DNA of 64,000 bases. It comes from Phoronis australis (lineage: Eukaryota; Animalia; Phoronida). A model generated the notes under the pieces. The model was given only the letters and a program-made list of their open reading frames with translations, did not search any database and was not told the origin of the DNA. The DNA lies in assembly GCA_002633005.1 (NCBI GenBank), contig NMRA01000006.1, positions 497,000-560,999 of the forward strand. Direction: 5' to 3'. A program made the translations under genes and the position numbers. The stretch's first letter is position 1. Each line of letters starts with the position of its first letter. Below are positions 1-13,109 of the stretch, one piece after another.

Positions 1-238
1 GAATTCAGAAATGTTATTGGTTTATGTTCAAACATTTTATAACTTAACGTATTTTTAACAGCACAGCCCAGCCAGGCTAGATACGATCTCATCGGAGATT
101 TAGAGCAAATTATCGAACAAAAGAGAGCTGACACTCCAACCCTAATTGCCAGAATGTACTAAATCAGTCGTCAGTGTAAGATATTGGCTACAGCGATCAT
201 CCTTCCAACAATTTAGACTCAATGGGAGAACGCCGTAA
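1..238 (+). repeat. MITE-like interspersed repeat family A, partial copy (3' part)
   Basis: Aligns to about 24480-24735 and 40511-40776 (aattcagaaatgttattggtttatg...tatcgaacaaaagagagctg...gggagaacgccgta). Confidence 0.8.
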
Positions 239-2499
239 TGCAAATAGCAAAGAACACACTCAGTTCCTTTCCTGTACATCGCTGATCGGGATTGTCAGCG
301 CACAAATATTCTGCTCTCACGCACGGTATTCCTCTCTCACGGATCTGAAGTCCCCCGATCAAGCACCAGGCACTTGTTGGTGTTTTGTAGTATTCCCACA
401 CTAACACGTAACCATTTGTTCACAATGAAATCAGCCCCCGCTCCCACACATTATTTCGAAACGTCCCTTTCCCTCCTCGGCTTTAATCTGATAGACGCAC
501 TGCGCGTCCGTCAGTCTAGAAATTTAAAACGAATTCTTCTCTCGCGCACGCTTGGCCTTCTCACGGTTTCAAATTTGACTTTGATAGTAAGAAAACTTGG
601 CTGCGATCGGAAGATTCTTAGCATGTGGCCAAGTTTTTTGGATTAGTCTTCATGCAGCTAGTCAGATATTATATCTTGGCACGAGCAGTGTAAAAATGGC
701 CATTTGCCAATTTGGGCAACTGAACGAAGGACTGTTCGAAACATAGTGATTATTTTCGCTTCAGCCCAGCTTCAACACATTGTATTCTTGTGGTCTGCAC
801 GCCGTTCATTACTTTCTCTCCCTAATTGCAGCATACACTGAAAAAGCAAAATTTCCGTTGTCGCGGGCCACTCAGGTCACCCCCGGCCTAAACATCCGCG
901 TATCGAACATTGTTGAAAGATCGGGTATTATGTCTGCTTATCCCAACCCCCGGTTGCGGGGGATCCGTTGAAAAATGACGGGACATGTTTTCAGGACTTG
1001 GAGTCATTTTTTCATGGGTTGAAAATTCTTCACATCAAATTTAGACCATGTGAAAAAACTAACGGGTGTCATTTTTTCACAGGGTCATTTTTTAATGCTA
1101 CACCGGCTCGGTTGGGTATATTTCCACTCGGTTTCGTGTGGGAAATTCTGTATTTTGGGTATAGATCGGGTGCGCAATTCAATCGTGCAGGTTTAATATT
1201 TTGGTTACCATGCACTTTTTTGCGCAAATTTTGAGTAACAAAACAAAGACCTCGTAAGCAAGCAGTACAAATCTACAGAACTTCGACATAAGTTAAGATT
1301 TTGCCGGGATTTGTTTGTTTTGATACAACAGAAAATATCTGATTTTGGAATACATGCACATAGTAAGCCTCTCAATAAAGAATACATTATTCACTTAGAT
1401 GTACATTTGTACTGATTTGGATGGCTGGTGGGTAAGTTCGGGCATGCAGAAGTTGTTTTCCAGTACAAGTAAAAGCACTTGTAATTGTCATTAATACCAA
1501 ATATTTACTTAAGTACAATTAACAAATAGCATCATCGATAGCTAACAGCGTATGATGGTCAATAACATTTTTAAATTGATCTTATATGGTCTCAATCACC
1601 AAGACTGAGGTGAAAACAACGCATGGTGGCTCCTCTTAAACTGCAGTGGCAGAACATACATGTAAATATCTAGAGGCAGCACCACTAAGCTCCATGGCCG
1701 AACCAAAAAATCCATGACTCAATGGCAGGACCAAGAAAGTCAACTCCTTAGCTGCAGCCATAACACTGCGAGCCTCCGCATGTCCTTACTGATGCCGGAA
1801 GGGCTCCCAGTGTTTTCCGCCATTTTTGTCCTGCGTAACACTTTCCAATCTGGCGAGCTTCATGTACATGTATCTGACTGGCGCGCACCCGGTCTATGTG
1901 ATGTCTATGCTCGGGATACTCCAAAACTTGTTTAAGTGTATGTTATCAATCTACCCGCTTTACAACAAGGCAATAGACTACACTTCCCTGAACTGAGGCT
2001 GAATTGGGAAGCCTTGACAACACGAACACGAACAGTTCGTGTATTTAACGCAACAAAACTGTCGTTTTACAAAGAAATACTCCCGTTTTCACCGCCAGCT
2101 AGAAGAAAATGAAATGCCTATTAGAACGAACGGCTATCATGTGCGAAATGATTTTTTTTCGTTAAGTGATGTCACACTATTGTAGATGTTAACGATGGTT
2201 GTTAGAGTCACGTGACTTCTTTGTATCGTTATTTTTTAAGCGTCAGAAGTTAAATAACGCTTAAATGTTCCCGAATCTGGTAAGTTAGCCGTATTAGCAG
2301 AAGGAAACTCGTAATTTTTAAATAAACAATCAGGTTAATGTTAGAATAAAAATTCATGACGATTCTAAAATATTCTGATGATACGATTTGTATTTGACCA
2401 GGGGACAGGGTTGCTTGGTAAGTCCTTCTATGTTAGAACATTTTGTTTGCGTATGGCCGAGTTGTAACAACCTGAGAAGATGCTACCTGAAGAAATGGT

Positions 2500-3450
2500 A
2501 TTGGCAAAGAGCCAAGTTTGCATGAGCTTACACGTTTGATGAAAATTACTTTGCAACGGGAAGTCTTAAATCTTGTTAAATTTGTGTGTAACTCATTCAA
2601 ATTAGGATAATCCTTGTTAGTGTCACTTAATAACTGCACAATTTATGGTACTATGGGCCGATGGCCTCGAAGTAATATAAAAAAGGCTACTGAGAATTTT
2701 CTCCATATCAAGCACATAAACTCGTTAATGCAAGCATTGACGTTGCGAGAGTTGACCCTTGATTTCTTTAGGGCTCTTATAACGGCTTGTCTATCAGAAT
2801 GCATGGATGGTAATTGTCTGATTGCCCAGTTCACTGTTGTATTTACATGTCACTTGAAAAGCACTGTTAATTGTAGTAACGCCGTAACAAAATTGCCATG
2901 CGAAGCCCATCTTTCTGCATCTCAAGTAAGAAGGATTGAAAAATAGACCCCTGCACCAGCTTGATCATTTTAGAGATTAAAACGGTCCGTGAAACAAAGC
3001 ACCTCATTCTTGTGTTCTGCTACAGAACATACGTCAGAAGAATTATTTGTTTGTGTACTTTAAACTTATGCGACATGAAAAGCGATGTGAGCTGCACGTG
3101 CCTTTGCGCAAAGTGCGACTAGTTCTTAATTTGGTTCACCAAATCTAATGTTTTGGTTTCCCAACGAACTTGAGCCAACGTTTTGGGCAGGAAATATCTT
3201 GTGACTTGGCCAGGATATTGTTAAAGTCATTTGCCAATTTGCTAATATCTGAACTTTCAGAGATTTTGGTTTCTGACTGCTAAAGAGTTTTGAAACCTCT
3301 GAACGATAGTTTCCAGTCCACCTCATTGGTGTTCCCATACTCAGTAAAAGAACGGAACAACAAAAGTCGACAAGGTATACAATTGAATCTACTCTCCAGT
3401 TTGTTACCACGTCTTTGACAACAGATGTAGACGCACGATCCTGATTGCGT
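2500..3450 (-). mobile_element. Possible highly decayed L2/CR1 LINE ORF2 fragment
   Basis: Broken frames contain NEVDWK...SDISKLANDFNNILAKSQDISCPKR, resembling the EN-RT linker of L2/CR1 elements; no catalytic motif seen. Confidence 0.25.
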
Positions 3451-3938
3451 ATCAACAGTTGCGAACTCAAAATAAACTCCCACAGCGCCTCGCTTATTGA
3501 GTTAGATTCAACGGTGTCGAACCTCGTGGTGCGAATAAATTGACGTCACAGCAGATAGCTAAGGAAAATTGTTAGCTCTGCAGTGATTGGCGATATGTTG
3601 CACTTCAGATGCGGATAGGTTCTCGGCTGAATTTCCGGGCATATAAGCCGAAAACAACCATATTGTGCGTATTACACTATTTGGTCCCAGTGTATCACAA
3701 CAAACTGTCAATCCTTAACGCAAAGTTCAGATACGATTCTTGAGGTTACATCCTTGGATACCAATACCACTGATCTGGGTTTGATGTTGCTAACCAGTGA
3801 AAAAGTGCCAAATTTGGCATTTTAGGATTGTTCATTGCCACGCTTCCCCAACAACACGGCTCTAGTGCGAAGGCCATGAATTAATAGGAGACTGCGCTTA
3901 AGCGTCTGTAGGACAAGCACTCCTTTGTTGTTACTCCA

Positions 3939-6610
3939 ATGCAGATTTATCTGCCAGAGTTTTGCCTCGTGATTCATGTCATCATGCTTAGCTATTTACC
4001 AATGGTCGGCTACTCAGACGCCAATGAGTGGAAAGGAAACAGGCAACATCCGTCATACAACCACCTTTGCCACTTTCACGAGCTTGGTGATTTCAATATT
4101 CATCCTCACAGAAATGTTCAGGGATTTCACAGAGCAAGCGTCTACGATAGCGGGCACTTCCACTATCCACATTTGGTAACTCCCACGATAACATTTTTAG
4201 TTTTGTTACCCCAACGCTTAAGCCAGACTGCGACTAACCCGTCCTAATCGATTCACAAATTAATGAGCGTAGCTTCATCGCGTTGTTGAAGAAAACCTAT
4301 TCGCTAATTTCTCATAACGCATCGATTTTAAATATTCAAAACGGCTAATACTTTAACTTTCATCAGTCATGTTGGTCGTTTGTCTTCTTCATCGTTCGGT
4401 TTTGACTTTGAACCTTGTACGATATATAGGCGCTTTGGTTTTAGACCGCAACTGTCTTGTCCAATACACATTGGGCTAGGCACATGAATATCGATTAGGT
4501 CACATCAAATTCGCTGGATATCTGGGTAGACCATTGCATGCTTTCTCGTCAACTTGCGTGGAAATCTAGTTAGAGCATAATAGTTGCCCTATGCATATGT
4601 AAGCTCTTAGGCGTACGTCCGTAGCCGCAAAGACCACATTCGACTGCCTATGTATTGACCACTTGAATCCTGCCCAGCAGTGTTGTAGTGGGGCGTTGGC
4701 GCATGTAGGCGCAGCCAACCACCTTTTTGCATTTGAACGTAGCGCCTACTCACCGTAAGTTACGTTCAGTGCTCAAGGTGACACAGCGGGCTTTCGGCGC
4801 CTACTTACCTATACTTTTACCATTACAGCACTGCTGCCCAGGGGGGTTTGTATTTTTCTCTGAGGATCCATATATCCAGCATGGTTTATGATATAGGACT
4901 TGATACTGGTTTCAGCAGTTTCCTACCCTGCCAACCCTGACTCCACCGAGAGACGCCCAGTAAAAGGGCATCTGCTGCACATGGATTCCCATGTTCAGTA
5001 TGTTCCTCCTAGCTACATCACAGGGCTAATCATGCACTGGGTTGTCCCCAGACAAGTGCAGCAGACGTTACTCTGTGGACCGCGATTTGTCCAAGACTTC
5101 TTGACAAGTAGTTCTGTTTTGCCTACCTCAAAGGAAATGAAATGATTTTGGCAAAAATAACGTAAAACTCTTAAAAATATCCCTCAAAAGGTCATTCTAG
5201 ATATATGAAAGATACTATCTTCGTTAAAATTACATCAAAACTCGTTTCAGAAAAGGTTAAAAAATCTAAGACGCTAAGCACTTAGATTGTTTTCAGTGTT
5301 TATATTTGACGTAACTGAGCTCTCAACCTATCTATATCAAATGATAATGACGCCAGTGAACAATGAGTTCGTGATTCAGACCAAAACCGCATCGCTGAAA
5401 GTGTACAATACCTTGTAATATAGGACATAAACTAAAGGAAATCAATGCCAAGTTACTATTTCTGTTTCGATAGCTGTGTCTCATTTTTTTCTCCTTCCCT
5501 TAGTCGTAAATTTTCAAAGCCGAACTATTTTTGAGCGGATTCACGAAATATCGTTTACTTCTGTATGTTGTTTGGTAGTAATGTCCGAGTTCTTGTTGCT
5601 ATCTGTTCACCGTTTGGTGACGTCGCCAGGCCTAACAGTGTTCATCTTCACTGCAGGTCACGTCTTCAAGAATTGAATATGACCTACCCCTCTGGAATTC
5701 CTGCACAAACGTGCACAAAGGCTTATTCCTATTGAACACCGATGGCAATGTATTTCGACAACACGTGTCTAACACCGCAAAGAATAAACTTGTCGAAATA
5801 CGGGATTCTCAGCTTAAAAATGACAATCGTGCTACTGACTTGTCAACAATTTCTGGTTTGGTGAAATCGTTTGAAGAATGTGGTCCGTTTTCGTGTCGTG
5901 CCATTGCCACGATAAAAGCTATCGAAAAAGAGTTGAACGAGACATCTCTTATGCGGAAGCAGACGTTTTCTTCTCACACAAAGAAACCCGGTCTTCTTCA
6001 ACCAATGATAAGGAAAACCCTGTCTAATAAACCAAAGCGCAACGGCTTACTGAAGCCAATCGACAAGCATGTTAGTAAGTCAGCAAGTTGTACAAAGAGT
6101 TGCTTCTTTTATGCCTCTGCGGGATCTAATAAGACTAATGAGACCGCGCGAAGATTCAGCCTTGATAGCTCTAGAACCGATAAAAGCCACTCGTCAGAAG
6201 ATACCCATCACAGCGTGGACGTTTGGAATGGCGATAGCTTGTCAGCTAATCAATCCGATATGAAGGAAATTGCTCTTAGATTCAAACCTTCACAGCCACT
6301 CTCGCTGGACTTGCTCCGGAACAACCTGTCCAAGCGACAAGGAGAACTGGCGAGCGCAGAACGGAAGATGCTCCTTCAGAGCATTGATAAGAAGCTAAAA
6401 AGAGACAAAGATCAGATATGTGCGGATAAGATAAAACACACAAATGTTGAGAAACTTTGCGTTGAAAATCTTAAGACTAGAAGAAAGTCTTCCAAAAGAG
6501 GGTCTTTTGCCAGAGTTAGAAAGAGCCTCGCAAGTCATGCAGCTTTGGTTGATGACGAAAAGAAAATTGCCGAATACCCAAAAGACTACGGCCAACCTGA
6601 AACCAATTGA
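3939..6610 (+). CDS. Probable orphan protein, His-rich N-terminal exon plus Lys/Ser-rich C-terminal exon (about 395 aa; start uncertain)
   Basis: Exon about 3939/3945-4175 ends CATTTG|gtaact (phase 0) and joins in frame to acceptor ctgcag|GTC at 5657, which stays open to the stop at 6610 (about 950 nt open in AT-rich DNA). AATAAA at about 6758. No recognisable domain. Confidence 0.55.
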
Positions 6611-8479
6611 TCATCGTCAACGCCGTAAAACACCAGCCATATTGCAGTTCACCAAAACGTTGCGAGGTTTGAAAATCCATAAGTCGCACAAGCTCGCAAA
6701 AACACGAAGCTTGTTGCCTTCTATTCCAGTCTATCTAGGTCCTCACTGCATTGAATGAATAAAATTTCCAAGAGGAAGAATCTGTCATCTCGTGCTTAAC
6801 TTAGCTTAGATTTTGATGGAAAAGTACGTGTTGATGAATGCATTAATTATTAAGTAAACTACCCGGATGTAAAGATAACTGTATTCAACAGGAAACGGAA
6901 TTGAAAATGTATAACAAAATACATGCATTTTCACGCATTACCATACCCTTTGTTTCCATGCAATGCACGTGGAAATAATTACAGGCGCTCTACGTTTTAA
7001 CAAAGATTTACACGCTCTACTAACATGGTCTTGTCCATATGAATATGCTTGACTTACTGCTTCGCTAGGGCCTCCACAATTCTTTTGATGCCCTAAGAGA
7101 CCGCACTGAGGTAAAGCGCCTCTCATAGCCTTGTATCGGCGTAGCAATTCTCATGGTCTTGCTGCAATTCCGTGGCAAACGTTTCAACCAATCTGATTTA
7201 CAGATAACCCGCCACAAAGCAAATCGCTTCTTACTCAAAATAATCACACATGCAATTGCGCCACACATAAAATTGTTCTCAATAAGTCCCGTATTTAAAT
7301 AATGGACACGAGAATTTTTAAAAAAAAGTAATAAAAAATTTCCTTTGTAATGTTATTTCTTTAGTCTTGCTATGGTTAGATGGAATGAACACGCATCTGC
7401 GGATGAATATCAAAACACGGTTTAATTACATGAACAGTGATGTCAATCTTACCTCGTCACAATAATAAAAATACCAATTGCGAGGCCTTTTTCGTATAAA
7501 GACCGTTCTTGAATAATTGCTATGCCACCAACGGATCTGACATTGCCTTCCAATGTTAAGGAGTTAGGCTGTTTAACGGCAACGATCGCAGGCAACATGG
7601 GAGGACCAAGAATTTTGAGTTAGGGTGGGGTGGGGCAATGCAGAGTATTAGTCAGGATTTTGCCCGTCAGACATTCCCACCCCCCGAAATGCCAAATAGA
7701 ATCTGGGAAAACCGTCGTTTTGGGGAGGGGGCCATTGCCCTCGTCCTTAAATCCGCTACTGTACAGGCTCTGAATCATAACAATACAGCAGTTTGCAAGC
7801 CATGGTACGTTTTGTCGGTTTGTTCACAAAAGCCACACACCAACATTCCCGAAGCACATCGCCTTAATTGGAAAGATACCGGGATTTTTTGTATCTACGC
7901 CTCCTCGAGCCATTTTTGAAAATTCTCTGAATAAAAGGTTAACCCTAGGCGCATACAAGTACTTGACCGGGGAAAGAGAAGTTATGGACGTCGTCGTTGT
8001 TTCTCACCTTAACCATAGTCCAACTGACAAACCACCAATGATACATTACCACCATGTAAATTCAAACATGCCTTGGACTAACTTGCTCAGCTACTCGTTT
8101 TTGACAACCATCCTCAAACGGACGTTCTCGGCGAGAAATTATCAGATGCGCAGACGTGAGCTCACTATCTTCACAGGAGTGGCCAAACGCTCTAGTAACG
8201 AGTCAAATCCCCTGCGCTAAGTAGTAACAGAGTGTCAAACGTATTTTCATAGTAAAGACATCGGTCCTGATTTCAGCCATTGTCTGGTAGAGTCAATGGT
8301 GAAATTGGCGATTTGTATTAATATCACAAATACAATGTTTTTTATAGCTCTGGTCAAACATAAGGACTTCAAGAAGTTTTATATCTCATCTAAAAGTAAT
8401 TCCAAAAATGCGTTTTTCGGCCACAAAACCAATAACGCCTTTTAAGCGCCTCAGGGAAATTTTGAAATCTGGTCAATCC

Positions 8480-9496
8480 TTAAAGTGTTCCTCCATGACC
8501 CTGTGTCTCAAAAATAATGTTATTAATACATCGTAAGAGATTTAATAACCTTTTGTATACTTGTTGCTACGAAACAAGCCAAACCTTTTTTAAACAGTAT
8601 TTTTCTTTTATCGGATTCTGCGCAATAGCTGGAAGACCGTTTCCGCCGTGACCATTGCGATACTGAGGAGTTGTGGGAAAGTCTTGGATAGCTGCCTTTT
8701 TCAGACATGAAGAATTGCGTTTGTGGAGGCTGCAGCTTGACTGAGAACGTCTCTGGGTTCAAAGCCTCTAAAGACGTGAGAGTTGGGCAGCCAGCATCGG
8801 TTTGTGCGCCGTAGGAGAGAGTGGAATGACAGTGTGGAACATGCGAGTCGGTCGGGGAGCCAAATTTTGTTCGGTATACATGTATTTCAGTCAAGGAATC
8901 GTGTTTCGACCAAACGCAAAAGCGGTGTTACGATGAAGGACTCGCCACCTTGTAAGTGTATTAACTTACAAATTTTATAAATAACGAACAAACTACCAGG
9001 CCCTCGCACCCGTCCCAGATGAAATAGCCTTTGTCAGTGATTATTAAATGTCTATTTTGTGAATATTGACCAACCTTGGTTCAGTTGGTTATGACTCACA
9101 AACAATCTGTATGTTTGCGGCACTTCTCGCGTAAGTGGGTCGAGTTCACAAGACCTCAAAGCCAACGAAAGTTCGTTAAGAGGGAAATCGAATTCGTTGT
9201 CTGATTCTTCTGGTACTGCATAATAGTTGTCCAGACAGTTCTCGCTCCAAATCGTCTTCGTCTTCTGATCTGTTGTGTTCCGCCATTTCAATTAATTGTC
9301 AAGTGACCAAACGTCTCCACTGAACCCATTACATCACTTGGCGGGAAACTTGGAAATAACAAAATTTTTCTTCAAAATTAAAACATTGCAATTACCTTGC
9401 ATAGAAAGTGCTGGTTTAGTTAGATTTTTTGGTATTCATTTCATATTAGCTTACCGAAATCTCAGAAACAAAGGAAATGCACAAGGGAACTGTTAA
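8480..9496 (+). mobile_element. Decayed, internally deleted Kolobok-like element
   Basis: Frameshifted THAP-like relic from 8707 (MKNCVCGGCS..SGFKASKD..QHRFVRRRREW..ILFGIHVF); convergent acidic ORF start at 9286 (minus, aaATGGCG, MAEHNRSEDEDDLERE); TTAA-bounded candidate ends at about 8480 and 9493 with only weak inverted similarity. Confidence 0.45.
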
Positions 9497-9706
9497 AGTA
9501 ACCCACGTGCTTAAGGTTACTTAGAACATTGCAGACAGGTCTTTACATTTAATCGCAATATCTACATTAACTATTAGAATTTGACAAAAAGTATATATTT
9601 TCTGAAATTAAAAATGACATAGAATTTGATTCTTACTTTATACCAATCTGCCACTAATTAAGCCACGTGACTTTAGGAAAACTTAGCAAAACGTGAGAAA
9701 GGTGCA

Positions 9707-9707
<1 letters not shown>

Positions 9708-9763
<56 letters not shown>

Positions 9764-9766
9764 ACT
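9708..9766. repeat. (CA)n microsatellite
   Basis: Direct reading of the sequence. Confidence 0.95.
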
Positions 9767-10194
9767 CTTACATATATACTGTACCAACGAAATATCCCCT
9801 TTACATAGCACAGCGGTTGGTGTCGCGGTTTTCTAACTGATTCGTGATTACCAAATAAGAACGTCACGCAACTGTTCACAACTTTGCAAACATTTGGGAA
9901 GGGAGGGGGTAAAAGAAAGAGGCAAAGTAGGCAGGTAGAATCTCACATTTTGCTCAAGCAGACGTGACATGCGACTTGGTTGCGATACACGATAATCCGA
10001 TTAACAACTACTTTGGCAGAAGCTGAAAGTGATAGAAAATTAATCGAAACTTAATACAAAATCTTGTTTTAAAACATACCTTAATTTACATTCAAAATGT
10101 TATTTTCAGCTTGCTTAAGTACGAATGTTCAAGATGATTAACCTTTTATTTCACATAATAGCAACTGTAGGCCTATTTACACGTAGACAACAGG

Positions 10195-10689
10195 ATGTCC
10201 GTTATGAGTCATATACGGGAGAAGGTGGCGCAACTGGCCTCTTCGACGCACGCGATGAGGGCGCCAGTGCACACTAAAGTGAGTGAAGTTGCAGAGGAGG
10301 TCATCTCCACAAAACCACTTCAAGTGACTTCAAACCAACTAGATTGCAACCATTGTGAAGCCTTGAACAAGAGCGTAGACCCAAGGTGTCCGTATCGGAA
10401 GTCCTGCCAGTGCTCTGATTGCAGGAAAATGGATGGCAACCAATCGGTCGCACCTTTAAACCATCCTCACCAAATCCCAAGTGATGGCGCCACGAGACAG
10501 CAAGGGAAAGGTTCAGACAGTCACTGGTCCTCCCTGTTATTTCCGACTGCAGCGATTACTGGACTCGGAGGCATGGCAGCAGTGGTGGGCAATAGTCTGG
10601 AACCAGGGTCTGGCGAAGCGAGCGACGATGGCAAACATGATCATCAAATAGATGGCGATAAGTACACATGGGCCTTTATGTGGTACTGA
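10195..10689 (+). CDS. Probable small orphan protein (164 aa) with a Cys cluster and a Gly/Ala-rich hydrophobic segment
   Basis: GC-richer ORF than flanks; upstream acceptor-like tttacacgtag|acaacaggATG; AATAAA at about 10775; CNHC..C..CQCSDC motif; LLFPTAAITGLGGMAAVVG segment. Confidence 0.5.
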   Translation: MSVMSHIREKVAQLASSTHAMRAPVHTKVSEVAEEVISTKPLQVTSNQLDCNHCEALNKSVDPRCPYRKSCQCSDCRKMDGNQSVAPLNHPHQIPSDGATRQQGKGSDSHWSSLLFPTAAITGLGGMAAVVGNSLEPGSGEASDDGKHDHQIDGDKYTWAFMWY

Positions 10690-13109
10690 ACGATTACACG
10701 GTGAATGATGGATTAGGTCGCTGTTAACGAAGGACACCACTTAAACTTGAAAAAATGCCTGTTTAAATAGATTAAATAAAGCCCTTTCTTTACAAGGTTT
10801 GGTTGGTTGAATTACAGCTCGTTATTGTCCGGATTGTAGTGCTTTCCGGACTGCAAAATTTAGAAAACAACGGGACTCTGCCGTGGCTTACATGTTCGTG
10901 TACTATCCGTTGTCGTTCTCCAATGATTTACCAGGAAAAAGAGACATCGTGCCTGTCCGCCGACAGAATAACTATTGGCCTTGAGTGTTATAGCTGCTTG
11001 TGGTCGCACTTTGTTGTAGGACCTTAATCGAAATGGGTTTTCATTTTTTTACCCGCAGTGTGGTTAGGTGACTAAGAAAACCACCGTTCTTGAGATTAAA
11101 CGACCGACATGCCTCGATATATATGTATATTGAAAGCTATGGATGAAGCGAGATCAAAAGCACTTGGTATTGATCGCGGGAAGTGCTAACCGCAAAACCA
11201 ACTTACGTGTACCTGTGCCGCTCAGTCAGCTGTTTACTGTCACACAAACAGCGCACAAACATAAGACAAGTTCTAGAGTTCTGGAGACTGAATTTTTTCA
11301 TTCGCAGAAATCGTGTATTAGTTTCCACAACCAGTTGATAATTTTAAAGACCGGATCTGAATAGTTTTTGACCGGTGTATCTAAAAAGCTGGAATTGTAA
11401 ATATTTTCCAAAACATTGGTTATTAAATAGAACTTGCCAGTTTCGGAAATTTCCAACAAGAGATCAAAGCTTCATTCTCATGCTTGGAAAGTCTTACGCT
11501 TTTAGTTTAAAAGGTACTTTGCGTCTTCTTTTAATGATTTCCATTTACGTCATAGAGTTCGGACAAAAATAATTGAAAAATACCCCTTGGTACCTGTAAT
11601 CTGTTTACTCGAACTCGGATCAAAAGTTGACCAAGTACGTGNNNNNNNNNNNNNNNNNNNNNNNNNNNNNNNNNNNNNNNNNNNNNNNNNNNNNNNNNNN
11701 NNNNNNNNNNNNNNNNNNNNNNNNNNNNNNNNNNNNNNNNNNNNNNNNNNTCCAGTTAACTGAAAAAATGCACTTGAGTCATGTAGCGTGATGGCTGAAG
11801 TTTTAAGTCAGAGTCTGGGTAGAGTCCAGAGACCTTGGCTCCGACCCGTTGATCAGAGAAATTTGTAGCCGTGGTAACAATAATGCTCCAGCTCGATGCA
11901 TCTCTTACGGAATTAGCCGATTTCTATGATATTTAAGGAACGACATTTTCAAAACAAAGTGTCCGAAGTACGCGTCTGAGTTTTAATTAATCTGTTTTTA
12001 GATTAAATTTTAATTTTAGAAAAATAGTACTTAGAAGACACTTAGCCACATCCTACTCCAAAACCAAACATACCACAACTAACAAATTTTTCATTTGGCT
12101 TCCTAACTTGCGAATCATGCATTCAAGTGTATTTGGGGCTTGCTTTAGAGGTCTCGACGTTTAATTCGTCTAAATCGTGCGTCTGTGGTTGTAGATTGTT
12201 GATGACAAGCAAAACTGTATAGTTACAACACTTGTTTACAACAGGCTATTTTTAGATGGATTGTTTCGTCGTACCTTGTGTTTAAGGTCATGTAGACTCC
12301 TAGAGAGATGTGCAAATTTGGGTGATTTCGGAACGCCATAGTCTCAGAAATAACATTTAGAATACATATGGAATTTTTACATACATCATTCTCCAAAAAT
12401 GCTGCTGAAATCGCCTTTAATTTTTTATTTTTTAATGAGAGGCTATTAAAATATGGCTTTTATAACTATTACAAAAAACTGTTGCATAAAATGAAAACGA
12501 AACGACGTTTTAGAAAACTAAATAACAAAATTTTGAGAGTTCACCTTGAATTTTTATATCCAATAATATTTAGTCATGTTATTTATACCATTATTCCTGT
12601 AATCAATGTACCTTTTTTCTTGGTGAACTTTACTAAAAAGATTGTTACGTGACCCAATTAATGACACTGACATAAATTCAAAAATAAAAGCATATTGGCT
12701 TTCCACTTTCAGAAAACAAACATATACTTTCACAGAGCTAATTTCAACAGTTTTGTGAGTATTGGTCAAATGCACAGCCTTGTCGACGAGGAACTTTATA
12801 CGTGTAGCCCTTCACGCCGTCCTATCCCTCTGTAGGTAGACGTGTCTTGGTACTATATGCAGATGAATTGGCTCCTTTTAAGGAATGCACATATTAAGAC
12901 GAAAAACATGAATATTACACCACTTACTGCTGTAAAACATATAGTTTTTTAGAATTAAAAAGGCAATTATTTTGTCAAATTTTAAAAAATTGTGTGACAT
13001 GTGTAGGGTATCGTAAACTCCGATTTAATCTAAGTAGAGTGAATGCTGAGCAAAACTTCTTCATTTGCAAAGATAGGAGTTAACTGTACTTGCTCGACTT
13101 CGAATGTCT

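Noticed and set aside
11776-11855. Possible tRNA gene
   Set aside because: Only degenerate A/B-box resemblance and no cloverleaf; no intact tRNA or rRNA gene was seen anywhere in the window.
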